Notes under the pieces: generated by a model
What the model was told of the DNA's origin: nothing
The model's database searches: none
Seen by the model: only the letters and a program-made list of their open reading frames with translations
Shown here: in pieces, positions 28,448 through 38,620 of the stretch
How the letters are laid out: every line of letters begins with the position of its first letter
Numbering within the stretch: the first letter of the stretch is position 1
Translations under genes and position numbers: made by a program
Assembly: GCA_043819555.1 (NCBI GenBank)
Contig: JBDREQ010000063.1
Span: 64,001 to 128,000 of the forward strand
Direction: 5' to 3'
DNA from: Candidatus Zixiibacteriota bacterium
GTDB taxonomy: Bacteria; Zixibacteria; MSB-5A5; GN15; JAAZOE01
DNA: 64,000 nucleotides

Positions 28448-28951
28448 TTGGCAGTAGAATTAACCGATAAGGAAATAAATGGCCTTATAAGTGAAAAAAA
28501 AGTATTACCTGATAATTATCGGAAAAAATTGAAAAATTATCGAAGTAAACGGGGCCATTATCAGAGTGAACTTGAAATAAAAGGGGATAAGGGTAGTTCG
28601 TTTTATATCATGATTAGATTAAATCAGATAAACAAATTAGATTTTTCGGCAATATTGGCATACGAAATGCCCAAAAAACAAAAGAGGTTTTTGCTGAAAC
28701 GTTATAATGGTAAACATTTTCATCGTAACACTTTGGAAAAAGAAGATTTATATGATTTTCATGTTCATGAAGCAACGTAACAGTATCAAGAATTAGGTGC
28801 CAAGGAGGAGACTTTTGCTGTCGCCTCTAATAAATTTACGAATGTTGATGCGGCATTACAATGTATGATAGATGAATGTCATTTTGTATTGCCTTTAAGC
28901 GAAAAACAACAATACAATTTAGGTTTTGATGATGACGGCCGAAAACATTGA
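28448..28951 (+). pseudogene. Hypothetical (DUF6978-like) gene interrupted by an in-frame TAA
   Basis: TAA at 28778-28780; frame stays open 56 more codons (QYQELGAKEETFA...) to TGA at 28949-28951, overlapping the next gene start; family name from memory. Confidence 0.65.
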
Positions 28952-29705
28952 AATATCATTCAAGAAAAAAGTATGCGATGAAATAAGTTTATTCCAAGAG
29001 GGTATTGGAAGATATGTAGTATATACACCATTTCAATTTGATGATGGTGATCATTTACATATTGTATTATTTAATCAAGGAGATAAATGGTACTTTTCAG
29101 ATGAAGGGCATACTTTCATGCATTTATCCTATCATATGGATATTAAATCTCTTGACACCGATACTAGGCAGGGAATAATAACTGATTCGTTAGCCTATTT
29201 TGGTGTTTGTGACAAGGGTGGAGAGTTGTTGCTAAATATTAAAGGTTCCAAATTTGGGGATTCATTATACAGCTATGTGCAAGCATTGTTGAAAATTACC
29301 GATATTTCCTTTTTACAAAAGGACCGTGTAAGGTCAACATTTTTAGAGGATTTTCGTTTGTTTTTTGAAGAAAACGTTTCAGAAGACAGGAGGGAATTTG
29401 ATTGGTTTAACGATAAGAAGGATCCAAGTGGGAACTACACAGTGGATTGCAGAATTAATGGGATGAGTTCTCCAATTATGGTGTTTGCTCTCCCAAATGA
29501 TCAGAATACCCACATTGCTACAATTACTTTATTAAAATTTGAAAAATGGGATATGAGGTTTAGGTCAATGGCCATCTTTGAAGATCAAGAAAAAATAGGC
29601 AGAAAACCACTAGCCAGATTTACTGATGTCTGCGAAAAACAATATTCTAGTCTTTCATCCAATACTGATAGAATTAAGGATTATTTAATAAATAATATCA
29701 AATGA
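28926..29705 (+). CDS. DUF1828/DUF1829-like protein
   Basis: [29 protein letters not shown] motifs; AT-rich islet. Confidence 0.7.
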   Translation: MMMTAENIEISFKKKVCDEISLFQEGIGRYVVYTPFQFDDGDHLHIVLFNQGDKWYFSDEGHTFMHLSYHMDIKSLDTDTRQGIITDSLAYFGVCDKGGELLLNIKGSKFGDSLYSYVQALLKITDISFLQKDRVRSTFLEDFRLFFEENVSEDRREFDWFNDKKDPSGNYTVDCRINGMSSPIMVFALPNDQNTHIATITLLKFEKWDMRFRSMAIFEDQEKIGRKPLARFTDVCEKQYSSLSSNTDRIKDYLINNIK

Positions 29706-29842
29706 TCCGTTGGTTCACTGCTTGCCCGTGCGCCAGCAAGCCAACATATCTACACTTTCCCCACCCATCCAACGTTTTTTCCGATACTTCCGCATCAAGT
29801 AAGATGAAATATATATATCTAATAAAAATTGGACTATGCCTA

Positions 29843-29933
29843 TGTCATTCCCGAGAGTCCCGCATAGCGGGACGAGTCGGGAATCCATGCGGAGTCATCT
29901 TCTTTTTGGATTTCCGCCTTCGCGGAAATGACA
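29843..29933. repeat. REP-like palindromic element
   Basis: TGTCATTCCCG...CGGGAATCCA and TGGATTTCCGCCTTCGCGGAAATGACA arms; extra GTCCCGC-ATA-GCGGGAC hairpin inside the left arm. Confidence 0.75.
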
Positions 29934-30163
29934 AGTTGATTTACCGATTATCATTATTAATCACCACCGATTTGATATGACCAGAAACGTTAATCTGAGG
30001 AAACAAACCCATTTCACCCATGGGCGGCAGACGTGCACATCTGCAAGTAATCACCATCAAAATGGTAGTGGATAATCAAATTTGACAGAACAAACCCAAT
30101 TTGCCGTAACTCATAGAGAGGAAATAAAATACAAGGAATTATGGAAAATGAATTGTGGATAAC

Positions 30164-30952
30164 CTAGCGTTCGTTACGGTGACTGAGCATGTGCCTGCGC
30201 ATCAGCCATCCGAAAACCGGCGCTCGAAACAGCCAGACGATCAGTTTATAAATCTTCCCCGGCACGACAATCACCTTTTTCTTTTTCATTCCGGCCAGAG
30301 AATCATCAACGACTTTTTCAGCCGAAAGCCACATCCATTTGGGAATTTTCGCCATCTCCTCATCGGTATATCCGGCGGCATCATGAAACTCGGTACGAGT
30401 GAATCCGGGGCATAATGACTGAACAACGATTCCTTCATCGTGATATTCCATTGTCAACGACTCCGACAACATCGTCAAATATGCTTTACTGGCACAATAA
30501 GTCCCACTCGTCGGAGAGGGAGTGAACGATGCCACCGATGCAACATTGATGATATTACCTTTTTTCTGCGCAATCATCCCCGGCAGACAGGCATGAATCA
30601 ACCTGATCGCCGCCCATACATGAACCTGGAGCATATCTTTTTGACGATTTATATCATACTCATGAAATCGCCCAGGTGTTCCAAACCCGGCATTGTTGAT
30701 CAGAAGCGTCAAATTATCGCAATTGTTTATTCGCTCAATAACGGCATCAATACCCGATTCACTCGAGAGGTCGGCGGCGATTGTTTCAACCGAAACCCGA
30801 TGTGTATGTGTGTACGCTTCAGCATGCAAATCCAAAAGGTGCTTGCGCCGTGATGTCAGAATTAGATTGTATCCTCGTGCGGCCAGTTTCTCTGCAAAAA
30901 CTTTCCCGATTCCCGCCGAGGCGCCGGTGATAAGAGCGGTTTGTGAACCCAT
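30164..30952 (-). CDS. Short-chain dehydrogenase/reductase (SDR)
   Basis: TGASAGIG, NNAGFG, YCASK, CPGFTRTEF. Confidence 0.95.
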   Translation of the reverse strand: MGSQTALITGASAGIGKVFAEKLAARGYNLILTSRRKHLLDLHAEAYTHTHRVSVETIAADLSSESGIDAVIERINNCDNLTLLINNAGFGTPGRFHEYDINRQKDMLQVHVWAAIRLIHACLPGMIAQKKGNIINVASVASFTPSPTSGTYCASKAYLTMLSESLTMEYHDEGIVVQSLCPGFTRTEFHDAAGYTDEEMAKIPKWMWLSAEKVVDDSLAGMKKKKVIVVPGKIYKLIVWLFRAPVFGWLMRRHMLSHRNER

Positions 30953-31063
30953 TCGTTAATCCCTCGATTACTTAATAGGGTAGATTACGAAATATATTTG
31001 TGATGTGCAAACAGAAATAAATAGGCACAGAATATCCAGCGGCTCACATAAAACCGGTCGCCG

Positions 31064-31528
31064 TTATTTGTTATTGGAACTGTCAGGCGGAGTTGTTGTC
31101 GTATCGGTAGTTTCGGTTTTCTCCGGTTCGGTTTCGGCTGGGATGTCTTTGGCGCCAATTGTAAACGGAATTGTTTTGATTACATTGCCATCGGCGCCGA
31201 CGACTTTGACTTCCCACATACCCGTCCACCGCGGCAGCATGGTTTTGTAGCTGTAAGTTCTCCACGAAGCGGAGCGCACCGGTAATTCGACATCAGCCAA
31301 CTCCCGGCCTTCATACAGCCAGACATGACGGACAAACGATTCACCTTCGACGCCCAGCACCCGGCTCCAGAGATAAACGCGCTCGACTCCGACCTCGAAT
31401 GATTCGACCGCATCAATCGGCATCCTTGCTTCGATGCCGGTACATAATACCGTCTCAACCGTCACCGCCGCCGCCTGACCGATGAGGAGAATAAGGATGG
31501 GAATAAGGATTAATAATGATTTCAACAT
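31064..31528 (-). CDS. DUF2914-like exported protein
   Basis: Signal peptide; HVWLYEG, WRTYSYK, G.WEVKV motifs. Confidence 0.75.
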   Translation of the reverse strand: MLKSLLILIPILILLIGQAAAVTVETVLCTGIEARMPIDAVESFEVGVERVYLWSRVLGVEGESFVRHVWLYEGRELADVELPVRSASWRTYSYKTMLPRWTGMWEVKVVGADGNVIKTIPFTIGAKDIPAETEPEKTETTDTTTTPPDSSNNK

Positions 31529-32027
31529 GTATCCCTCCGAATAAAAGATGAAAATAAAAACTATGAAGTGTGAATGACATCAGTTGTATGCGCTATATTA
31601 TACTCATTTCGGTTCCAAAATATTAATTAAAAATGTGCATGATATAAATCCACGCACAAATAACGTGCTTTTGTAGAAACGTCATAGAGTACGGACATAT
31701 TTTATTGATACTTGTAAGAGAGTGTATTCCTGTGAGTTAGCGAAATAAATATTCAGCTCGGCACAGACATTGCAGTAGAGTTATTGTTCTTGGTTTAGCA
31801 TGCATAATTCGGGGCGGAGGCATCGAGGGCAATTAACCTCCGCCGCGGATGAAATTGACCTCAACAATTAATTGCACTGTGACAGCTTGCCTGCACCGTT
31901 AAAACATGTTATTTTTTAATCGGAATCGAATAAATCGAATCGCATCGAATAGGGATGTGTATAAAGCATGAAGGCAGGAAAAGATATTTCATTTCAATAA
32001 GTAAATTCGCACAGATAGGGGCGATCA

Positions 32028-33689
32028 ATGTATAATCATGCAAAGAAGAAGTGGTGGATGCCGGTGCTCTGCTTATTCTTTTTATTTCAATCAGCATTTG
32101 CCGATGATAAGACTTTCAAAGTCAGCAGTTATATCCCTGAGAAATTTATCGATTTCGAATGGAGATTAAATGGCGGATTTAACCTCAGCGGATTTAATAC
32201 TTCGACCGACAATAGTTTTATCGATGAGTGGGGCAATCGGAATTACCGTAATTCGTCAGGCGATAAGCAATCGCTAACGCTTGGATCAAGTATTTTTTAT
32301 CGCAATGAAACAGCACAACGATTTTATATCGCGTCCGGAGATTTATCGGTGCGGATTAATAATGGTAATTCCTCAAGGGATGATTTTTCTTCCGGAAATA
32401 TCGGAGAAATCAATAATTCCCGTTACGAAAGCGGCCAGGCCATTTACACCGTATCTATTCAACCGTCTATATCAGCCGGGCAATATCTGCTGTCTGACTT
32501 CTTTGTGACCGGCGCAATGCGATTCGGGTCGTCATTTGATATTCGGCCGGAAAATAGTGGAACCAGTTATAATTATAACAAGAAATACTTATATGACAGC
32601 GATACCGATTACTGGATGCGCGAGACCAATATCAGCCAGAGCCAGCGCAGCAACGAGCGAAGTCATAAAATCAACATGAGCGCCGGTCCCGGATGGGGAC
32701 GGATCTATTCCGGGCAATTTGCCGCGACGGCAATGTATATTATCGATGAGTTGAAACATCACGATCTTCTTGAAAGAGAACCCACACGCGACGAAATGCT
32801 ATATCTGACCGATATAATTTATAGCTATCGCAACACGCGGCCGATTGACTCACGGATTCATAAAATCGAGGCGCTCTCAAAGATCATCGAGTATCTCAAC
32901 AATGCAGGCGTAATCGATTATTCCGACAGATACGGATATTTGTTGATTCAGGATATCTGGGATTATTACCCGCGCGACGTGCGCGATTTTGGTTATCGGG
33001 CAAGCCTCGACGCCGGGCTGGATTATTTTTATCGAAGCAATGATGAATCCGAATACGGCGATAGGTATTCACTCTACACCCGCCACCTGGCCGACAGCCT
33101 GATGGTGGATACGATTTCTATCTATTCGGGCGGACATGATCGATTTTATCGAAGGCGGGATGAAAGTAAATATCCTTACTTTTCGCTTCGTTTTCAATAT
33201 TTAAAACCGGTAAGCTTGCGCTGGCAATATGACATATTTACCAATGCCATTTATTACCTCTCCTACAAGCAGGTAAGTCAGACATACAGCTCTGATTTCA
33301 TCGAACAAAATCATGCCTATACCGAAAATCAATACAAACGATTTGCTAATTATCAAATCCATGCCAATGGGATTGTAAAATATATTATTGATTCGCGCAC
33401 TACGGCAAAAGCAGCCGTAAATTATACATTTCGGCATTACAATAGTGAAACAAAATCCCTGAGAATTATTGATGATAATTTGGTTCAGGAGAGTCAGACC
33501 ATTTCTGGCGTCGCTTCTGGTTCATTTTCACTTTCGGGAACAATGGAATACAGAGTTTCCATCCCGACGACATTATTGGCCAACATCGGTTATAATATAT
33601 CCGAGGATAATTCCAGAAGCAATATTTATGGCGATAACCATTCCAGTGGCTATTCGCTGAGTTTGTTATTAAGCCACTATTTGTATTAG
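32028..33689 (+). CDS. Hypothetical exported protein, possibly outer-membrane beta-barrel
   Basis: Signal peptide ending AFA; Ser/Tyr/Asn-rich beta-strand-like pattern; aromatic C-terminal residue. Confidence 0.6.
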   Translation: MYNHAKKKWWMPVLCLFFLFQSAFADDKTFKVSSYIPEKFIDFEWRLNGGFNLSGFNTSTDNSFIDEWGNRNYRNSSGDKQSLTLGSSIFYRNETAQRFYIASGDLSVRINNGNSSRDDFSSGNIGEINNSRYESGQAIYTVSIQPSISAGQYLLSDFFVTGAMRFGSSFDIRPENSGTSYNYNKKYLYDSDTDYWMRETNISQSQRSNERSHKINMSAGPGWGRIYSGQFAATAMYIIDELKHHDLLEREPTRDEMLYLTDIIYSYRNTRPIDSRIHKIEALSKIIEYLNNAGVIDYSDRYGYLLIQDIWDYYPRDVRDFGYRASLDAGLDYFYRSNDESEYGDRYSLYTRHLADSLMVDTISIYSGGHDRFYRRRDESKYPYFSLRFQYLKPVSLRWQYDIFTNAIYYLSYKQVSQTYSSDFIEQNHAYTENQYKRFANYQIHANGIVKYIIDSRTTAKAAVNYTFRHYNSETKSLRIIDDNLVQESQTISGVASGSFSLSGTMEYRVSIPTTLLANIGYNISEDNSRSNIYGDNHSSGYSLSLLLSHYLY

Positions 33690-33746
33690 CGAATTAGCAA
33701 AAGAAGAAAATGGGGAAAATTTTCAATTCTCCCCTGCAAAATAATC

Positions 33747-34334
33747 TTACTTGTCTTTGATCAACTCGATTTCCATCATGATTTTGACGTCGTTGCCAAC
33801 CACAAGAGAACCGTCCTTCAGTGTGTTGTCGAACCTGACATTAAAATCCTGTCGATTAATAGTTGTTTCGGCGGTGAACCCGGCGCGTTTGTTTCCCCAG
33901 GGATCGTCGATAGTACCATTGAATTCACAACCGAGCATCACCTCTTTGGTTATGTCTTTGATAGTCAAATCACCGGAAATAGAAAAACTGCCGTCTTTTA
34001 CCGGAGTAATTTTCTTGGATTTGAAAGTCATGACTGGAAACTTATCGACATCAAAAAAGTCGGCTGACTTGAGGTGTTTGTCGCGATCTTCGTTTTCAGT
34101 ATCAATCGAAGCTACCTGTATTGTAATATCGACTGAGCCATTTTCGACACCGCTTCCATCAAATTCAACTTTACCCGAGTAATCATGGAATTGCCCGGTG
34201 CTTTTGCTGATTACGAGATGCCTGACTGAGAATCCAATAGTAGAATGAGCCTGATCGAGACTCCAGGTCTGAGCACGGGCGATAGGACCAATCGCCAAAA
34301 ATAAAATTGAAAAACAAATGATCATTTTCCGCAT
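33747..34334 (-). CDS. YceI family protein
   Basis: W.LD.AHS.IGF.VRH, RDKHLKSADFFD, GDLTIK, DPWG. Confidence 0.93.
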   Translation of the reverse strand: MRKMIICFSILFLAIGPIARAQTWSLDQAHSTIGFSVRHLVISKSTGQFHDYSGKVEFDGSGVENGSVDITIQVASIDTENEDRDKHLKSADFFDVDKFPVMTFKSKKITPVKDGSFSISGDLTIKDITKEVMLGCEFNGTIDDPWGNKRAGFTAETTINRQDFNVRFDNTLKDGSLVVGNDVKIMMEIELIKDK

Positions 34335-34481
34335 AACAATATTCCTTAAGTTAAGGTTTTCATTTTGGATAGCCGCCATTTCCGTAACACTTTATTGGGA
34401 GAATTGTTCCCCAGAGATCCCTCACTATACTTGCCAAACGACCACCGTTTGAGTTTATTGGATGGTGGTAATAGACTATGA

Positions 34482-35675
34482 TTGGATATGATAATGTGTT
34501 TATGGCATCAAAATAAATTTCTTTCGGATTCCCCGGATTTCGACAACGATGTTGCCGAACCTATGAAACGGTGCAATAGCATCGAATTTCACAGGCGCCT
34601 ACCCCAATATAACCCGACCCCGCTGATTTCACTATCTGAGTTAAGCCGTCATCTTGGGATTGGCAAATTATACGTAAAAGATGAAGCGCATCGATTTGGA
34701 TTAAAAGCTTTCAAATCTTTGGGCGCGTCGTATGCCATCTATCGATTTTTGATAAGTGAAAATATTATTGCCGCCAGCGAAAAATTGGATCTGAAAAATA
34801 TTCCACCAGGCAAATTCACATTTTGTACTGCTACCGATGGCAATCACGGTCGAGCCGTGGCCTGGACGGCAAAAATTATGTCCCAGAAAGCGGTTATATT
34901 CATGCCGAAATCTGCCGTTCCCGCTCGAATCCAAAATATCGAATCCGAAAACGCCCGGGTAATAATTGTTGACGGGGAATATGATGATGCTGTCAAAGCC
35001 TCAGCCCGCACCGCCAAAGAAAACGGCTGGATTGTAATTTCAGATACAGCCTATGAAAATTACATGCAAATACCTTCCGATATAATGGCCGGGTATCAGA
35101 CGATGTTTAAAGAAATCGAGTCTCAATTGGAACTTCGAAACTATAACATTCCCGGGATTGATTTGGTTGTTTTACAGGGGGGAGTGGGCAGTTTTGCCGC
35201 TTCGGCGGCCTGGTATTTTTGCAACCGCTACCCGCAAAAAAAATCTAAATTAATCATTGTTGAGCCCACCGAAGCGGCCTGTCTGATGGCATCCGCAAAA
35301 TCACCGGACGGAACCTTGACAGTATTTGAAGGATCATTTAAGACAATAATGGCCGGCCTGAATTGCGGGACGCCGTCGATTACGGCCTGGCCAATTCTGA
35401 AACAAACAGTCGATGCCTTCATCGCAATTTCCGACGATTATGCCCGGGAAGCGATGCGGAAATACTACTTTCCATTAAAGGGTGATCTTCAGATAATCTC
35501 AGGTGAATCAGGCGCATCTGGTTTGGCCGGTTTGCTGGCCATCATGAAATCGCCGAAACTTAAAAATCTAAAACAACTACTTGCCCTTGATAATAATTCG
35601 CGCGTATTGATCTTTAATACCGAAGGCGATACCGACCCGATAAATTTCAATAGAATCGTCCGAACCGGAGGTTGA
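34482..35675 (+). CDS. dpaL: Diaminopropionate ammonia-lyase
   Basis: VKDEAHRFGLKAFKSLGAS, TATDGNHGRAVAW, ISDTAY, IMAGLNCG, GESGA, NTEGDTDP. Confidence 0.9.
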   Translation: MDMIMCLWHQNKFLSDSPDFDNDVAEPMKRCNSIEFHRRLPQYNPTPLISLSELSRHLGIGKLYVKDEAHRFGLKAFKSLGASYAIYRFLISENIIAASEKLDLKNIPPGKFTFCTATDGNHGRAVAWTAKIMSQKAVIFMPKSAVPARIQNIESENARVIIVDGEYDDAVKASARTAKENGWIVISDTAYENYMQIPSDIMAGYQTMFKEIESQLELRNYNIPGIDLVVLQGGVGSFAASAAWYFCNRYPQKKSKLIIVEPTEAACLMASAKSPDGTLTVFEGSFKTIMAGLNCGTPSITAWPILKQTVDAFIAISDDYAREAMRKYYFPLKGDLQIISGESGASGLAGLLAIMKSPKLKNLKQLLALDNNSRVLIFNTEGDTDPINFNRIVRTGG

Positions 35676-35769
35676 CCAAAACGCAATTTAACTTTTCACA
35701 AAGTTGTAAATAGATTATACTAAGTCAGGCTCACAACCCGTTATAACATCGTATTTATTTTGAAGTTTT

Positions 35770-36744
35770 ATGGCAAATTTAGAACGCCTGCAGGAGCGAA
35801 TAAGAGAATTGACCGGATGGCCGATGGAACGGCTCCCAAAATTAGTAACTGATACATCCGATGCGATGCGAATCGTTCGAGGTAACGTGCTGCGGGCTGG
35901 CGGACATGATTTTGTCATTGAGGGCAATCGCTATGAAACACGTTTCGGTATCGCCGATCAACCCAAATACTGGGTCTTTAGCGCTATTGATCTGGACAGC
36001 GGGGGAAAGAAAATAATAAAAACCGTCTTTCACGAGGATTTTAACGTTCATATTGGAGTGTTCAAGATTCGCTGTTATCGCAGTCCGGAAAAAGAAGCCC
36101 GGGTGTTGGAACGTGTCAAAGGAGATAGCCGATTTATGCAGGGGTATACGATTGAGGACGAAAAAAGTAATTGTATTCGAGTTCTTGATTATATACCCGG
36201 CTTGACCATTTTTAATTATATCTATTCAATCAACAAACCTCATCGCCAGTATTTTCAGGAAGATCTACCCGGAATACTCCACGATCTGGCCGAATCGATG
36301 GAAGCAATTAAATTCCTTCATGATAATGACTTTTGTCATGGTGATATTCGCAACGATCATATCATTATTGAAACCGGGACCAGGCATTTTCGCTGGATTG
36401 ATTTTGACTTACAGCAGCATGTTTCTGATTTTGATGTCTGGAGTATGGGTAACATTTTATGCTATGCCGCCGGTAAAGGAATCAACTCCTTTAAGCTGGT
36501 GTTAAAAGGACAGTCATTTTCTGAGGAAGTAAAACGGAGCCTGATAGCTGATGATGGATCAGCATTTTATGAATACCGCATTATGAATTTAATAAAACTG
36601 TTTCCCTATATTCCAGAAAAATTGAACAACATTCTTCGTCATTTTACTCTGAACCCGATTGGTCATTACGCGACGGTGGGGGAGCTTTTGGACGATTATT
36701 ATGACATGCTGGATTCGGATTTTCCTGCAATGTCTCAGCAATAA
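35770..36744 (+). CDS. Protein kinase-like protein
   Basis: HGDIRNDHII catalytic-loop-like motif, WIDFD, DVWSMGNIL. Confidence 0.75.
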   Translation: MANLERLQERIRELTGWPMERLPKLVTDTSDAMRIVRGNVLRAGGHDFVIEGNRYETRFGIADQPKYWVFSAIDLDSGGKKIIKTVFHEDFNVHIGVFKIRCYRSPEKEARVLERVKGDSRFMQGYTIEDEKSNCIRVLDYIPGLTIFNYIYSINKPHRQYFQEDLPGILHDLAESMEAIKFLHDNDFCHGDIRNDHIIIETGTRHFRWIDFDLQQHVSDFDVWSMGNILCYAAGKGINSFKLVLKGQSFSEEVKRSLIADDGSAFYEYRIMNLIKLFPYIPEKLNNILRHFTLNPIGHYATVGELLDDYYDMLDSDFPAMSQQ

Positions 36745-36761
36745 GCGGGGTTAATGAGGCC

Positions 36762-38582
36762 ATGAAAACTGTAATCATAGGCGGAGGAAAAGGCAGCCGA
36801 GCGATAATCGAGCTGGCCACAGGCAATTTTAAAAGCGAGTTAACTCTTGACGTGCAGTGTGTGGTCGATCCCGATGATAAAGCCCCCGGAATAATCCTGG
36901 CCAGGCAAAAGGGCATCAAGATATTCGATAATATGCTTGAAGCGCTGGCTCTTCCTGGAATAGAACTCGTCATCGAATTGACCGGTGAAAATGAACTCCT
37001 GGAAGAACTTCACCATATCCTTCCAAAGGGTATCTGTCTTGTCGACCATACGTTTGCGCATGTCTTCTGGGATCTGGTCAAGGCTCGAGAAGATCAAAGC
37101 AGACAGCTCAAAGAAAAAATCGAGCTGGAGAAAAAAATCGAACGCGAACGGCATTTTTTACAGAGTTCATTCGATACCATCCCCGAGCTAATTATTGTCA
37201 TGAACACCGAAACAAAAATAATAAAAATTAACGAGAAAGCGGTTCGCTTCGCGCATACGTCCACTTCAAAAGCTGTCGGGGAAAAATTGAAAAACCTGCT
37301 TACTCAGACCGAATTGTCGGGGAGCATTCAGGAAACCCTATCAGTATTGAAAGATATTTTAGAAACGGGTCGGCCTCACATTTTATTTTGGAATACAACC
37401 GAGCCGGAAGAAGTTTTTTGGGAAATTACGCTAAGCCCCATTCTTGATCAGAACCTGGAAATAGAAGCTATTGTCGGAACATGGCATCGAATCACCGAAC
37501 GGGTTCGATTGCATCGTGAAATTGAGAGTGCCGAGGTTCGCTTCAGGGGATTTATTGATTCGGCTCATGATTGGATATCGATCAAAGATACCGAAGGACG
37601 GTATATCATCGTCAATCCGGTTTGTGCCCAGGCTTTCAAACGCAAACCGGAAGACTTTGTTGGCCGCCGCCCGGATGAGTTATTTGACCGGGAACTGGCG
37701 GAAATGATATTAAAGCATGATCATGATGTGATGGCCGCCAATCAAGCTCAAAGTTATGAGGAAATATTTAACATTGATGGATTTGATCGCCATTATAGCA
37801 CAGTCAGGTTTCCTCTCAATGATTATCGCGGGCAAACAATCGGAGTCTGTACCATCGCCCGCGACATCACTCAGGAGCGGGAATTGAACGACCAGCTGGC
37901 TCAGGCTGTAAAATTGGCAGCGATAGGCAAGCTCGCCGCAGGTGTCGCCCATGAAATCAATAACCCCTTAACCGGTGTTTTGGCCTATGCCGAAGATATT
38001 TTGGATGAATTACCAGCCGATAATCCTCTTCATAGTGATATTAAAGTCATTATTCGGGAGACAATGCGGTGTCGGGATATCGTAAAGAATCTGCTTGATT
38101 TCGCTCGGCAGGAAACACCCAAACTGGAAGAAGCGAATGCCAACGATATTGTCAAAAACACCATTGAACTGGTCAAAAAACTGCCGCAGTTTCGTAATAT
38201 CACACTTAAATATTCGCTGGCCGACAATATCCCGGATATAAACTGCGACCGCCATCAAATACAACAGGTCATACTAAACCTGATGATAAATGCGGCTGAA
38301 GCGCTTAAGGAAATGGGCAAAATAGAAATCACGACAGAATATGATTTTCGGCATCAGCGCTGTATAATCACGGTGATCGATAATGGTCCGGGAGTCCCGG
38401 AAAATCTGAAAACCAAAGTTTTCGAGCCGTTTTTCTCGACCAAGGGCACTAATGGATTAGGGTTGGCCGTTAGTTGGGGCATTATCGAAAGGCATAAGGG
38501 TTTTATTGAAATTGATACTAATAAATCGGGGGGCGCGATCTTTAGATTAGCAATTCCAATTATTGAGAACGATAAAAAATGA
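36762..38582 (+). CDS. PAS domain sensor histidine kinase with N-terminal Rossmann-like domain
   Basis: IIGGGKG N-terminus, two PAS domains, GVAHEINNPL H-box, DNGPG, FEPFFSTK, GLGLA. Confidence 0.93.
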   Translation: MKTVIIGGGKGSRAIIELATGNFKSELTLDVQCVVDPDDKAPGIILARQKGIKIFDNMLEALALPGIELVIELTGENELLEELHHILPKGICLVDHTFAHVFWDLVKAREDQSRQLKEKIELEKKIERERHFLQSSFDTIPELIIVMNTETKIIKINEKAVRFAHTSTSKAVGEKLKNLLTQTELSGSIQETLSVLKDILETGRPHILFWNTTEPEEVFWEITLSPILDQNLEIEAIVGTWHRITERVRLHREIESAEVRFRGFIDSAHDWISIKDTEGRYIIVNPVCAQAFKRKPEDFVGRRPDELFDRELAEMILKHDHDVMAANQAQSYEEIFNIDGFDRHYSTVRFPLNDYRGQTIGVCTIARDITQERELNDQLAQAVKLAAIGKLAAGVAHEINNPLTGVLAYAEDILDELPADNPLHSDIKVIIRETMRCRDIVKNLLDFARQETPKLEEANANDIVKNTIELVKKLPQFRNITLKYSLADNIPDINCDRHQIQQVILNLMINAAEALKEMGKIEITTEYDFRHQRCIITVIDNGPGVPENLKTKVFEPFFSTKGTNGLGLAVSWGIIERHKGFIEIDTNKSGGAIFRLAIPIIENDKK

Positions 38583-38620
38583 ATTTACCGGAAACAACAA
38601 AAGGCGAGGAGGATTAGATT

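Noticed and set aside
29702..29980. 92-aa ORF
   Set aside because: Largely a translation of the REP-like palindrome (CHSRES...LDFRLRGND); no sign of a real protein
31530..32027. 500-bp intergenic region with a GCGGAGG/CCTCCGC hairpin as a possible riboswitch or ncRNA
   Set aside because: No known aptamer consensus recognised; a single hairpin is insufficient
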